From assembly GCF_000017845.1 (NCBI RefSeq), contig NC_010546.1, positions 4,800,001 through 4,832,000 on the forward strand: 32,000 bases of DNA, in the 5' to 3' direction. The stretch comes from Crocosphaera subtropica ATCC 51142. GTDB lineage: Bacteria; Cyanobacteriota; Cyanobacteriia; Cyanobacteriales; Microcystaceae. Positions within the stretch are counted from its first letter, which is position 1; every line of letters starts with the position of its first letter. Positions 17,609 to 26,546 of the stretch are shown here, piece after piece. The translations under genes were made by a program, and so were the position numbers. Below the pieces are notes generated by a model. That model was not told where the DNA came from. It worked only from the letters and a program-made list of their open reading frames with translations, and did not search any database.

Positions 17609-19822
17609 TTAAATCACTTGATAGATAAAGCTTAAGGTTGACCAAGCTTTAACATCAAGGATATAGCTATCAGGGTTAGGATCAAGGAGTGTGTTGGTTT
17701 GGTTACTAGCAGTTTCTAAATCTTGTAGCAATGCTTTGGCTACTTCCAGGGGATTTTCCAGGGTGAGAATTTGATCCTTATCGGTTTTAAATTCTGATAT
17801 TCCTTTTAGGGTTTCTAGGGTTTTTTGAAAGGGAGCAATGGCTGCGATCGCTACAATATGTTCCCATCCTTTGGTGCTGGAGGTTGTCCAGGTTAGTCCG
17901 GTGGAGGTGGCGGGGATAAAGTCTTTCATTCCTGGTTCAATCAAGCGTTGATCATTCTCGCTGGCTTCTATTTCTTCTTCGTAAGGAGGAACATAGGCGA
18001 TGGCTTTCCCACTACTGTTGATACCTAAAACGAGATAATAAAGAGGTTGTTCTCCTAGATTTTCTAATCGATAACGTAGACGAGTCCCCCGGGGGACTTT
18101 GGGCAGTCCTGGAACATTAAGTGCTGAGGTTTCATTGGTATTCTCATCGGTGTTTTGTTGTACGGTCTTGATTTTAGCTCTGATGGTTTGCCGTTGTTCG
18201 ATGGCGTAGGGTTTGGGATCAAGACCTTCTAGGGTAACTCGCCAAGGGACTTGAGACGATCCTTCATTGAGGGTTAAGCCCCATAATTTCATGGCTAGGA
18301 GTTTTTCTAAGGTAGGACGTAACCGTTCAATGGCCGATTTGATCGCTTCTCCGGATTTCCCAAGGGTATTGGGGAGTTGTACCCCTCCTGGGAGAAACAG
18401 AGAGTAGGTTCCTGTTTCTTGGGTTTGGGAAGATGGGGACGAAAAAGAAGATCGTAACCCTAAAATACAGTCGATGGGTTGTTCTCCTTCTGTAAGGACA
18501 TCAGAAACAATGTCAATGGCTGAAAACGCACTGGTGGCATCCACTCGTTCAATCCGTTGTAATTGGGGATCGAGGGCAACGGTTAAGCCAATACTCTGGG
18601 GTAAACAACGAAGGGACTCTTGTAATAATTGTCCGACAGCTAAGGGTTCACTTGGGGTTTGTTCTGAAGAGAGTTGACGAACCTTAGCGGTGAGTCCATT
18701 GCGAGAACGAAGTTGTAAGGGAAGGGAGGATGATGAGGAGTTGAGGGGATAAAAAATAGAATTCGTGCCATAATATCGCACAATATTGGCAGGAAAGCCT
18801 GTTAAGGTCATGGTGGCTCTAGCAGAATCTTCTACACTACTGATAAAGGCTTCTGCCCCTTGAGATACGGGGGGAAGAAGATAATAGGTAAACAGGGGTT
18901 GAGAAGGGCTATTTTCTTGTTGGGGTTCTTGTTTTCCTCCCATAATAGGGAGTATTTGTTCTGTGGTTTTGTTGAGGGTTATATTCAGTCGGCTGGCCGG
19001 GACAGTGGACCATAAATGTTGTGTCAGAGCATAGGTAAAGAGTCCTGCACTAAAGCCGTTGCCTTTAATTTCTGTAGCCAGTTGTTGTGACCCGGCTGCG
19101 CTGAGAATGATACCGGCATTGGTTCCAGCTTTGCTTTTGGGGAGTTTTTGTTTCAGTTCTGCTTGAAAGGTAAATTCTTCCCGTTCTATGTTATCCGTAG
19201 GGTAAGGGAACGATCGCACCCTGAGATTCCCTTGAACGGTGTGACCGCTACTATGGTAACTGGTATCGAGTACCATCGTTACTTTATCTGTAGAAAGCGA
19301 TCGCCCTAATAACCTTAGGGTATCTTCGAGAATATTATCGGTGCTAGGGTTGCCGTTATTTAATGTGATGCCATCTTTAGCAATAATTCCGGGTAATTGA
19401 CCTTTGGTAAGGGTAGGAACAATATCAGGGGGAATATTGATATAATTTCCATAACCACTAAAGTGGAAGATGACCACATCTCCTGCTTTAGCTTGTTTAA
19501 TTAAATGTTCTACAAAGGCGGTTTCGATGCCTTGACGGGTTGCTTCTTTATCCGTCACGGTGAGAATATCTTGGGGGTTAAATCCGAAGCGATGAATCAG
19601 TAAGTCTTTTTGTCGTTCAACGTCGGTGACACAGCCTTTGAGGTTAAATCCTTGTCCATAATCGTTGATTCCCACCAACAAGGCTAGTTTCCGATGGGTT
19701 GGTTCTGCTAACGTTTGATAGTATTTCTGAAATTGTTGGGTTGGATTTAGCCGTGTCAGGCTTTCTTGAGCGACCCCCCAGGTGAGTAAGGTCTGTAAAA
19801 AAGTCCGCCGATCCCATTTCAT
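17609..19822 (-). CDS. Caspase-fold (peptidase C14) pseudo-orthocaspase with a twin-arginine signal and a long C-terminal region
   Basis: 737 aa. N-terminal MKWDRRTFLQTLLTWGVAQ looks like a Tat signal. The p20-like core reads KLALLVGINDYG...LKGCVTDV...GDVVIFHFSGYGN, where Tyr124 (codon 19451-19453) replaces the catalytic His. VTMVLDTSYHSSG sits where D-x-C-H-S-G is expected and contains no Cys. Confidence 0.8.
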   Translation of the reverse strand: MKWDRRTFLQTLLTWGVAQESLTRLNPTQQFQKYYQTLAEPTHRKLALLVGINDYGQGFNLKGCVTDVERQKDLLIHRFGFNPQDILTVTDKEATRQGIETAFVEHLIKQAKAGDVVIFHFSGYGNYINIPPDIVPTLTKGQLPGIIAKDGITLNNGNPSTDNILEDTLRLLGRSLSTDKVTMVLDTSYHSSGHTVQGNLRVRSFPYPTDNIEREEFTFQAELKQKLPKSKAGTNAGIILSAAGSQQLATEIKGNGFSAGLFTYALTQHLWSTVPASRLNITLNKTTEQILPIMGGKQEPQQENSPSQPLFTYYLLPPVSQGAEAFISSVEDSARATMTLTGFPANIVRYYGTNSIFYPLNSSSSSLPLQLRSRNGLTAKVRQLSSEQTPSEPLAVGQLLQESLRCLPQSIGLTVALDPQLQRIERVDATSAFSAIDIVSDVLTEGEQPIDCILGLRSSFSSPSSQTQETGTYSLFLPGGVQLPNTLGKSGEAIKSAIERLRPTLEKLLAMKLWGLTLNEGSSQVPWRVTLEGLDPKPYAIEQRQTIRAKIKTVQQNTDENTNETSALNVPGLPKVPRGTRLRYRLENLGEQPLYYLVLGINSSGKAIAYVPPYEEEIEASENDQRLIEPGMKDFIPATSTGLTWTTSSTKGWEHIVAIAAIAPFQKTLETLKGISEFKTDKDQILTLENPLEVAKALLQDLETASNQTNTLLDPNPDSYILDVKAWSTLSFIYQVI

Positions 19823-19964
19823 GGTTTCTGTTTGCTCTCTTGGGAAGATAACGCTATTACACTCACGTTAAGATGTATAGGCTTCATTTATTCTATTACA
19901 AATTTGTTGTTTACAGGGAGTATATCGAAGAATCAGAGCCATGACAACAACGGACTGCGGAGTA

Positions 19965-20084
19965 ATATGAAATCCTGTTGAATAGCATACGTTAAACTAG
20001 GGTGAGCAAGGGAAGCAGAGGAGGCAGAGGAAGATGGATTTACCATAGCAGTTTTAACGTTTAGTGATTAGGCAGATTTCATAT
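19965..20084. repeat. ~120-nt imperfect palindromic element with a purine-rich core
   Basis: Outer arms ATATGAAATC (19965-19974) and GATTTCATAT (20075-20084) are perfect 10-bp inverted repeats. Inner arms ACGTTAAACT (19989-19998) and AGTTTTAACGT (20050-20060) differ by a 1-nt indel. The core is GGTGAGCAAGGGAAGCAGAGGAGGCAGAGGAAG. Confidence 0.4.
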
Positions 20085-20140
20085 AAGGGAGACGGGGCGA
20101 AGATCAATCCATCACTTCTCCCAGTCTCCCCGTGCCTTCA

Positions 20141-21304
20141 CTAATGTTGCATGGCTTTAATTAATTCCGCTGCGACTTCTGGACGAGAAAATTGAGGGGG
20201 TGGCATTTCTCCCCGTCTGAGCATTTCTCGCACTTTCGTACCTGAGAGGTGAATTCGCTCTTCTTTGCTACTGGGACTGGTTTTGGTGGTGGCCATTTGC
20301 CCGGTTCGCTTACAATAAAAGGCGTGTTCAAATTTCATGGGAACGATACCCAATGCGTCGGGATCGAATTCATCGAAAATATGTTGAGCATCGTAGGTTC
20401 CGTAATAATCTCCCACTCCAGCGTGATCCCGTCCTACAATAAAGTGGGTACAGCCATAATTTTTGCGGACAATGGCATGGAAAATGGCTTCTCTGGGGCC
20501 AGCATAGCGCATGGCGGAGGGGTTAATGGCAAGAATTACCCGGTCTTGGGGAAAATAGTTATCCATCATAATTTCATAACAACGCATCCGTACATCAGCC
20601 GGAATATCGTCGCTTTTGGTGGCACCAACGAGGGGATGTAAAAAGAGTCCGTCCACCACTTCTAAAGCGCATTTTTGGATATATTCATGGGCGCGGTGGA
20701 TGGGGTTACGGGTTTGAAAGCCAACCACAGTAGACCAGCCTCTTTCCCTAAATAATTTCCGAGACTCAGCCGGATCAATTTGGTATTTGGGAAATAATGG
20801 GTGTTCGTCCCGTTGTAATAGCCAAACGGGACCGGCTAAATTAACAGCCCCTTGATCGTAAATAACTTTAACCCCTGGATGCTTACTTTCATCGGTTTTA
20901 TAGACGTTGACAGCTTCGTGGGTTTTATTATAGTGATACTTCTGAGTCAGTTCTAGCACCCCGATAAAGTTACCATTGGGATCGTCTAATCTCACCCAGT
21001 TTCCTTCTTGGAGAGAGTCAGCCACTTCTTCACTCACCGAGAGGGTAACAGGAATAGACCAAGGAACCCCATTGCTTAAGTGCATATCTTCGACAACGGT
21101 TTCATAGTCAGCCCTTTCCATAAAGCCTTTGAGGGGACTAAACCCACCAATGGCAATCATAACGAGGTCAGAGGTAGCTCGTTCATCTAGGGTAATTTTG
21201 GGTAATTTGTCGGCTTGCGCTAAAAATTCCGCTTTTTCTGCGGGGCTTGCGATACGATTAATTAATTGACCGCCGTGAGGGGCAATGCCATCTGTATGTG
21301 TCAT
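20141..21304 (-). CDS. sat: Sulfate adenylyltransferase (ATP sulfurylase)
   Basis: [17 protein letters not shown]...[13 protein letters not shown]...[12 protein letters not shown] are hallmark ATP-sulfurylase motifs. I place the start at the ATG at 21304. The 50 extra N-terminal residues of the track ORF (to 21454) resemble no Sat N-terminus I know. Confidence 0.93.
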   Translation of the reverse strand: MTHTDGIAPHGGQLINRIASPAEKAEFLAQADKLPKITLDERATSDLVMIAIGGFSPLKGFMERADYETVVEDMHLSNGVPWSIPVTLSVSEEVADSLQEGNWVRLDDPNGNFIGVLELTQKYHYNKTHEAVNVYKTDESKHPGVKVIYDQGAVNLAGPVWLLQRDEHPLFPKYQIDPAESRKLFRERGWSTVVGFQTRNPIHRAHEYIQKCALEVVDGLFLHPLVGATKSDDIPADVRMRCYEIMMDNYFPQDRVILAINPSAMRYAGPREAIFHAIVRKNYGCTHFIVGRDHAGVGDYYGTYDAQHIFDEFDPDALGIVPMKFEHAFYCKRTGQMATTKTSPSSKEERIHLSGTKVREMLRRGEMPPPQFSRPEVAAELIKAMQH

Positions 21305-21581
21305 CTTAATTATATTTTTATAGTAGCTGTCAGGATTTATCCTACCAGGGTCTGAGAACTTTGGGTGAAGCAACCTTATATAAATGGGGAAAAGGCAGTT
21401 TTGAGAGAAGACACTGTTAAAATGTAAGGACTTATATCCAAGATGATTGGACATTTTCCCCTAGGACTTCGCAGTGATGAGTCAATGGATTAATTTTTCC
21501 TGGATTCTCCCCAGGGGTTAAAAAGGTTAGAGATTGGGGGAAAATGTTTAATGAATTAGAGCAATTTTAAGGGACTGTTCT

Positions 21582-21950
21582 ATGAATATAATGGTTGTAG
21601 ATGATGAACAAGATATCACGCTCTTATTTAAACAGAAGTTTAGAAGAGAAATTAGAAAAAATAAGGTAAAATTCTCTTTTGTTTTTTCTGCTGAAGATGC
21701 TTTAAATTCTTTAGAAAAGCAAGAGAATCATTTAATTCTTATTTTAGCTGATATTAATATGCCGGGGATGAATGGCTTAGAATTACTGAAAATCATTAAA
21801 GATAATTATCCAGAGATAAAGGTATTTATGATCACAGCTTACGGAGATGATTATAATTATCAAACAGCGATACAATACGGAGCCGATGATTATCTTACTA
21901 AGCCGATTCAATTTGAACATCTTAAAGAAAAAATCAGTGAACTTATTTAA
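21582..21950 (+). CDS. Single-domain response regulator (CheY-like receiver)
   Basis: 122 aa. It has the acidic pocket VVDDE, the phospho-acceptor context LILADINMPGMNG, ITAYG and YLTKP. Confidence 0.9.
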   Translation: MNIMVVDDEQDITLLFKQKFRREIRKNKVKFSFVFSAEDALNSLEKQENHLILILADINMPGMNGLELLKIIKDNYPEIKVFMITAYGDDYNYQTAIQYGADDYLTKPIQFEHLKEKISELI

Positions 21951-21966
21951 CTAAAAACTGACTGAT

Positions 21967-24156
21967 ATGGAAATTCCTAAAATTTTAGTCGTTGATGATG
22001 AATTAGATTTAGAGCGACTCATTAGACAAAAATTTAGAAAAAAAATCAGACAAAAAGAACTTGATTTTGTGTTTGCTCATAATGGACGAGAAGCTCTAGA
22101 GTATATTCAAGGTAAGGGCAACATTGATATGGTTTTAACCGATATCTATATGCCTGAAATGGATGGTCTAACCCTATTAACTAAAATTCAAGAAATTGAT
22201 CCAATTATTAAAGCAATTATTATTTCTGCTTATGGTGATCTTGATAATATTAGAGCAGCCATGAATTATGGTGCATTTGATTTTTTAACGAAACCAATTG
22301 ATTTTAAAGATTTAGAAATTACCACAACTAAAACCTTAAATCATGTTCAACAGATTAAAACTGCTTTGGCTCAGGAAAAAGCAGCTAGAGAGGAACAAGA
22401 GAAGTCTTTAGATAAGTTGAAAAAAGAAGTTGAAAAACGTAAAAAAGTTGAAGAAGCTCTCCGAAATAATGAAAAGCAATTAACCCAATTTTTAGCAGGT
22501 ATTCCCGTTGGCATTTTTATTATTAATGCTAAAACTAAGTTTCCTTATTATGCTAATTATCAAGCTAAAAAGATTTTTGGACAAGAACTGTTAAGTGAAG
22601 TCAATTTTGATGATTTGATTAATATTTATCAACCTTATTGTTTACATACTGGTAAAAAATATCCTGTTGATAAATTACCGGTTAGACGTGCCTTAAAAGG
22701 AGAAAGTACCACGGTTTCAGATGTAGAAATTCGTCATAATGAACAGCATATTCCTCTCGAAATTTCTGCCCAACCTATTTATGATGAAAAAGGTGATATT
22801 TCTTATGTGATTGCAGCTTTCCAAGATATTACACAAAGAAAAAAAGCAGAGGCGGAACGTATTCATTTTACTGAACAATTAGCCAAGAAAAATTTAGATT
22901 TACAACAAGCAAAAGAACAATTATCTCATTACAATGCTACCTTAGAAAAAAAGGTTCGTGAAAGAACTCAAGAACTAACAGAAACCTTAAAAATTCTCAA
23001 AGCAACTCAGGCAGATTTAATGATAGAAAATGCCTTGTTGCGAAGTGCTGATAATGAAAAAAGTTACGGTTATCAAGTAGGGGGGAGTTTACCAATAGAT
23101 GCTCCTAGTTATGTTGTTCGTTCTGCTGATCGCTATGTTTATAAAGCTTTAAAATCAGGAGAATTTTGTTATATTTTAAATGCAAGACAGATGGGTAAAT
23201 CGAGCCTACGAGTTCAAATCATGAAACGATTACAAGCTAAAGATTTTGCTTGTGTAGGTGTGGATTTATCGGAAATTGGTAATCGAAAATTAACCATTAA
23301 ACAATGGTATGCAGGATTTATGTATATCTTACTAAGTGGGCTGAATTTATTAGATCAAGTTAATATTAGAGAATGGTTAAAACAATACGACTTTTTATCT
23401 CCTGTACAGGGTTTAGGAGAATTAATTCATCAGGTTATTTTACCTAATATTTCTCACAATATTGTTATTTTTATTGATGAAATTGATAGTGTACTAAGTT
23501 TAGATTTTCCCATGGACGACTTTTTTATTTTCTTGAGAAGTTGTTATAATAAAAGGGCTGATAATCCTGATTATCAACGGCTGACTTTTGCTTTATTAGG
23601 GGTTGCTAGTCCTTCCCAATTATTAGAAGATAAACAAAGGACTCCCTTTAATATTGGTCAAGTGATTTATTTACAAGGGTTTCAGTTTCATGAAGCACAA
23701 CCGTTATTAGAAGGATTAAAATCTAAAGTTAATCACCCTAAAGCTATTTTAAAATCTGTATTATATTGGACTAATGGTCAACCTTTTTTAACCCAAAAAA
23801 TCTGTCAACTGATTCATAATTCTCAAAAAGAAATCCCTGAAAATCAGGAAAAGCAATGGGTTGCTCAATTAGTGCGATCGCAGATTATAGAAAATTGGGA
23901 ATGTCAAGATGAACCAGAACATTTAAGAACCATTCGCGATCGCATTCTTAAAAGTTCTCTTGATAAAAAACGACTATTAAAACGCTATCAAGCAATATTA
24001 CATAACCCTAATTATCTGATCACTGATGATGAGGAAATTAGAGAATTAATTTTATCAGGACTCGTTATTAAAGATGACCAATCTTTAAAGGTTCATAATC
24101 CCATTTATGAAGCGATTTTTAATGATAGTTGGATAGAATTTATCACTAATAAATAG
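21967..24156 (+). CDS. Receiver - PAS - coiled coil - P-loop NTPase (AAA-like/STAND-like) fusion protein
   Basis: 729 aa. REC: VVDDE, MVLTDIYMPEMDG, ISAYG, FLTKP. PAS: QFLAGIPVGIFIINAK...AAFQDITQRKKAE. Then a ~60-residue coiled coil. NTPase: YVVRSADRYVYKALKSGEFCYILNARQMGKSSL (Walker A GKS) and IVIFIDEIDS (Walker B). The NTPase resembles the Pfam AAA-like domain (AAA_35) as I remember it. Confidence 0.85.
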   Translation: MEIPKILVVDDELDLERLIRQKFRKKIRQKELDFVFAHNGREALEYIQGKGNIDMVLTDIYMPEMDGLTLLTKIQEIDPIIKAIIISAYGDLDNIRAAMNYGAFDFLTKPIDFKDLEITTTKTLNHVQQIKTALAQEKAAREEQEKSLDKLKKEVEKRKKVEEALRNNEKQLTQFLAGIPVGIFIINAKTKFPYYANYQAKKIFGQELLSEVNFDDLINIYQPYCLHTGKKYPVDKLPVRRALKGESTTVSDVEIRHNEQHIPLEISAQPIYDEKGDISYVIAAFQDITQRKKAEAERIHFTEQLAKKNLDLQQAKEQLSHYNATLEKKVRERTQELTETLKILKATQADLMIENALLRSADNEKSYGYQVGGSLPIDAPSYVVRSADRYVYKALKSGEFCYILNARQMGKSSLRVQIMKRLQAKDFACVGVDLSEIGNRKLTIKQWYAGFMYILLSGLNLLDQVNIREWLKQYDFLSPVQGLGELIHQVILPNISHNIVIFIDEIDSVLSLDFPMDDFFIFLRSCYNKRADNPDYQRLTFALLGVASPSQLLEDKQRTPFNIGQVIYLQGFQFHEAQPLLEGLKSKVNHPKAILKSVLYWTNGQPFLTQKICQLIHNSQKEIPENQEKQWVAQLVRSQIIENWECQDEPEHLRTIRDRILKSSLDKKRLLKRYQAILHNPNYLITDDEEIRELILSGLVIKDDQSLKVHNPIYEAIFNDSWIEFITNK

Positions 24157-24172
24157 ATTTTATATCAGTTTA

Positions 24173-24736
24173 TTATTCCAATAACCATGAAAACAATTCT
24201 CCTACAGATAATTTAAAAGAATTGGCGAAATTAGGAACAGGCAAATTATCTGTTTTTGCTTCAAAAAACCCAGGTTTTTGTTGAGAAAAATAAACCACTA
24301 CAGATTTATCATTAGGATCAATTAACCATCCGATTTCTGTTCCATTCTCTAAACAATATAGAATATTTTTGACAACTTTTGTTTGACTTTGTTCAGGGGA
24401 TAAAATCTCAATTATCCAGTCTGGTGCAAGATAAAATGAGTCTGCTATTTCGCCATTATTATCACGAGGAATATGATTCCATGTTAAGATACTGATATCA
24501 GGAACAATAGAGTGATCGCCAAAAGTACATCTTAATTCAGAAAAAGCACGAGCAATTTTTTTAGATTTCAAAGTAATATTAATAGCAGTAGACAGTTCAG
24601 TTTGTATGGTGCTATGTTTTCCTTTCGGCATTGGTTTTTCAGTAATTTTTCCATTAATATATTCCTTGACTGGTTTAGTTTCTGGTAATGCTAAGAATTC
24701 TTTTAAAGTAAGAGATTTAGAAGAAATTTGAATCAT
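24173..24736 (-). CDS. Uma2-family (DUF820) putative endonuclease
   Basis: 187 aa. LTLKEFLALPETKPVKEYINGKI..KPMPKGKHSTIQ...APDWIIEILSP is the typical Uma2 restriction-endonuclease-like pattern, which is abundant in cyanobacteria. Confidence 0.8.
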   Translation of the reverse strand: MIQISSKSLTLKEFLALPETKPVKEYINGKITEKPMPKGKHSTIQTELSTAINITLKSKKIARAFSELRCTFGDHSIVPDISILTWNHIPRDNNGEIADSFYLAPDWIIEILSPEQSQTKVVKNILYCLENGTEIGWLIDPNDKSVVVYFSQQKPGFFEAKTDNLPVPNFANSFKLSVGELFSWLLE

Positions 24737-24870
24737 ATTTTTGAACAGTTGTTAATCTTAGTTTTCGATGGATAATTTCCAACTAAATTATTAAAATAAT
24801 AACTAAAATTTCATGAAAAATAAAAACAGAAAACAATTAACCTCAAAAAGTTTTTTATATTAGTTTTCTT

Positions 24871-24934
24871 GGGTGGGCAAAGTTTTCTACTTTATTTTAT
24901 CGGTAGTTAAGATAAATCTTTGATTTGCCCACCC
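24871..24934. repeat. 11-bp perfect inverted repeat GGGTGGGCAAA / TTTGCCCACCC with a 42-nt spacer
   Basis: Arms are at 24871-24881 and 24924-24934, in the AT-rich divergent region between the Uma2 gene and the FrhB-family gene. Confidence 0.4.
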
Positions 24935-25162
24935 TACGGTCTTAAATTTTATTTTGAAACAGTTTCTAATTATTGTTTACCAACTTATTAATATTATAGC
25001 TAAAATTTAATCAAAAATTTAAGTACAAAATAGTAACTATACTAGGTTTTGTTACATTAGTTTACAAAAAAACAAGAACTGACGATAATAGCGTAATCTA
25101 ATATCATATATACTGTTCACTGATTCAATGTAATTACTTTTGTTTAAGAAATACTTTAATCT

Positions 25163-26359
25163 ATGACATCTATTTACCCTCACAGCAAAGCAAAAGCCCT
25201 TAAACCTGGCAGTCGTCGTCCCGCCAAAGAACTCTGTAGTGAGTGTGGGTTATGTGATACCTATTATATCCATTATGTTAAAGAAGCTTGTGCATTTCTC
25301 AATCAACAAATTGCAGAATTAGAAACCATTGCTCACGGAAAAAGTCGCAATTTAGAGGATGAAAATGATTGCTATTTTGGGGTTCATCAAGAGATGATGG
25401 CAGCCCGAAAAAAAGACCCCATTGAAGGGGCGCAATGGACAGGAATTGTTAGTACCATTGCTTGCGAAATGCTAGAAAAGGGGTTAGTAGAAGGAGTGGT
25501 ATGTGTTCAAAATACAAAAGAAGATAGATTTCAACCGATGCCAGTCATCGCTAGAACTTCTGAGGAAGTTTTGGCTGCTAGGGTAAATAAACCCACTTTA
25601 TCCCCTAATTTATCCATCTTAGAACAAATAGAAAAATCTAACCTAAAACGTCTCTTAGTGATTGGAGTAGGCTGTCAAATTCAAGCGTTACGGGCAGTGG
25701 AAAAAGAATTAGGATTAGAGAAATTGTATGTATTAGGAACGCCCTGTGTCGATAATGTGACCCGTGAAGGGTTACAAAAATTCTTAGAAACCACCAGTCA
25801 ATCTCCTGATACGGTGGTTCATTATGAGTTTATGCAGGATTTTCGAGTTCATTTTAAACACGAAGATGGTTCAGTGGAAAAAGTTCCTTTTTTTGGCTTA
25901 AAAACGAATAAATTAAAAGATGTTTTTGCCCCTTCTTGCATGAGTTGTTTTGATTATGTTAATTCTTTGGCTGACTTAGTAGTAGGCTATATGGGGGCAG
26001 AGTTTGGTTGGCAATGGATTATGGTTCGTAATGATACAGGAAAAGAAATGTTATCCCTGGTAGAAGACCAAATTAATACGAAACCGGTCATTTCTCAAGG
26101 GGATAGAAAACAAGCGGTTCAACAAAGTATTCCTGCTTATGATAAAGGCGTAACCTTGCCCATGTGGGCTGCTAAATTAATGGGAGTTGTTATTGAAAAA
26201 GTGGGACCAAAAGGGTTAGAATATGCCCGTTTTTCTATTGATTCTCATTTCACTCGTAATTATTTATATGTAAAACGGAATCATCCTGAAAAGTTAGATA
26301 ATCATGTCCCTGACTATGCAAAAAAAATTGTGTCTCAATATCAGTTACCTGATAAATAA
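25163..26359 (+). CDS. bciB: FrhB-family Fe-S flavoprotein, probably ferredoxin-dependent 8-vinyl reductase (BciB / Slr1923-like; HCAR homolog)
   Basis: 398 aa. N-terminal Cys cluster CSECGLCDTYYIHYVKEAC, then an F420-hydrogenase-beta-like core (VGVGCQIQALR...LGTPCVDN...PSCMSCFDY). Cyanobacterial members of this family are the F-DVR type. The family call is firm; the specific function is inferred. Confidence 0.7.
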   Translation: MTSIYPHSKAKALKPGSRRPAKELCSECGLCDTYYIHYVKEACAFLNQQIAELETIAHGKSRNLEDENDCYFGVHQEMMAARKKDPIEGAQWTGIVSTIACEMLEKGLVEGVVCVQNTKEDRFQPMPVIARTSEEVLAARVNKPTLSPNLSILEQIEKSNLKRLLVIGVGCQIQALRAVEKELGLEKLYVLGTPCVDNVTREGLQKFLETTSQSPDTVVHYEFMQDFRVHFKHEDGSVEKVPFFGLKTNKLKDVFAPSCMSCFDYVNSLADLVVGYMGAEFGWQWIMVRNDTGKEMLSLVEDQINTKPVISQGDRKQAVQQSIPAYDKGVTLPMWAAKLMGVVIEKVGPKGLEYARFSIDSHFTRNYLYVKRNHPEKLDNHVPDYAKKIVSQYQLPDK

Positions 26360-26386
26360 ACACAACATAAATAAGAGTATTAATCT

Positions 26387-26464
26387 CTATTGAAAACAAG
26401 ATTTAGGGTCATTAAATCCACTTAAGAATGCCCGTCCTCGTTGTTCAGGGGTTCCATGATGATG
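26387..26464 (-). CDS. Exon 2 (predicted) of the intron-split YpfJ-like zinc metallopeptidase gene
   Basis: The minus strand immediately after the predicted intron 3' end reads CAT CAT CAT GGA ACC CCT GAA CAA CGA ..., giving HHHGTPEQRGRAFLSGFNDPKSCFQ* (stop at 26387-26389). It is in frame with exon 1. It matches the C-terminal HGT..QR...F..GF..DP..C motif I recall for YpfJ-like peptidases. Confidence 0.65.
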   Translation of the reverse strand, partial: HHHGTPEQRGRAFLSGFNDPKSCFQ

Positions 26465-26505
26465 GTTGGAGTCGAACAGGTAGTCACCTACCTGAACTCT
26501 CCTCA

Positions 26506-26539
26506 GAACCGTACATGAAATTTTCACTTCATACGGCTC
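26506..26539 (-). ncRNA. Group II intron domain V (catalytic hairpin)
   Basis: The minus strand reads GAGCCGUAUGAAGUGAAAAUUUCAUGUACGGUUC. This is 34 nt with the AGC catalytic triad, a GAAA tetraloop and a 2-nt bulge in the 3' strand, i.e. the canonical domain V pattern. Confidence 0.88.
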
Positions 26540-26546
26540 CCATTAA

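Noticed and set aside
18474-18677. 67-aa plus-strand ORF
   Set aside because: It is antisense within the pseudo-orthocaspase CDS and has no supporting features.
20249-20641. 130-aa plus-strand ORF
   Set aside because: It is antisense within the highly conserved sat gene. It is a shadow ORF.
21305-21454. 50-codon N-terminal extension of sat in the track ORF
   Set aside because: The extension ([20 protein letters not shown]...) looks like translated promoter DNA. Sat proteins begin close to the GIAPHGG motif, which follows the ATG at 21304.
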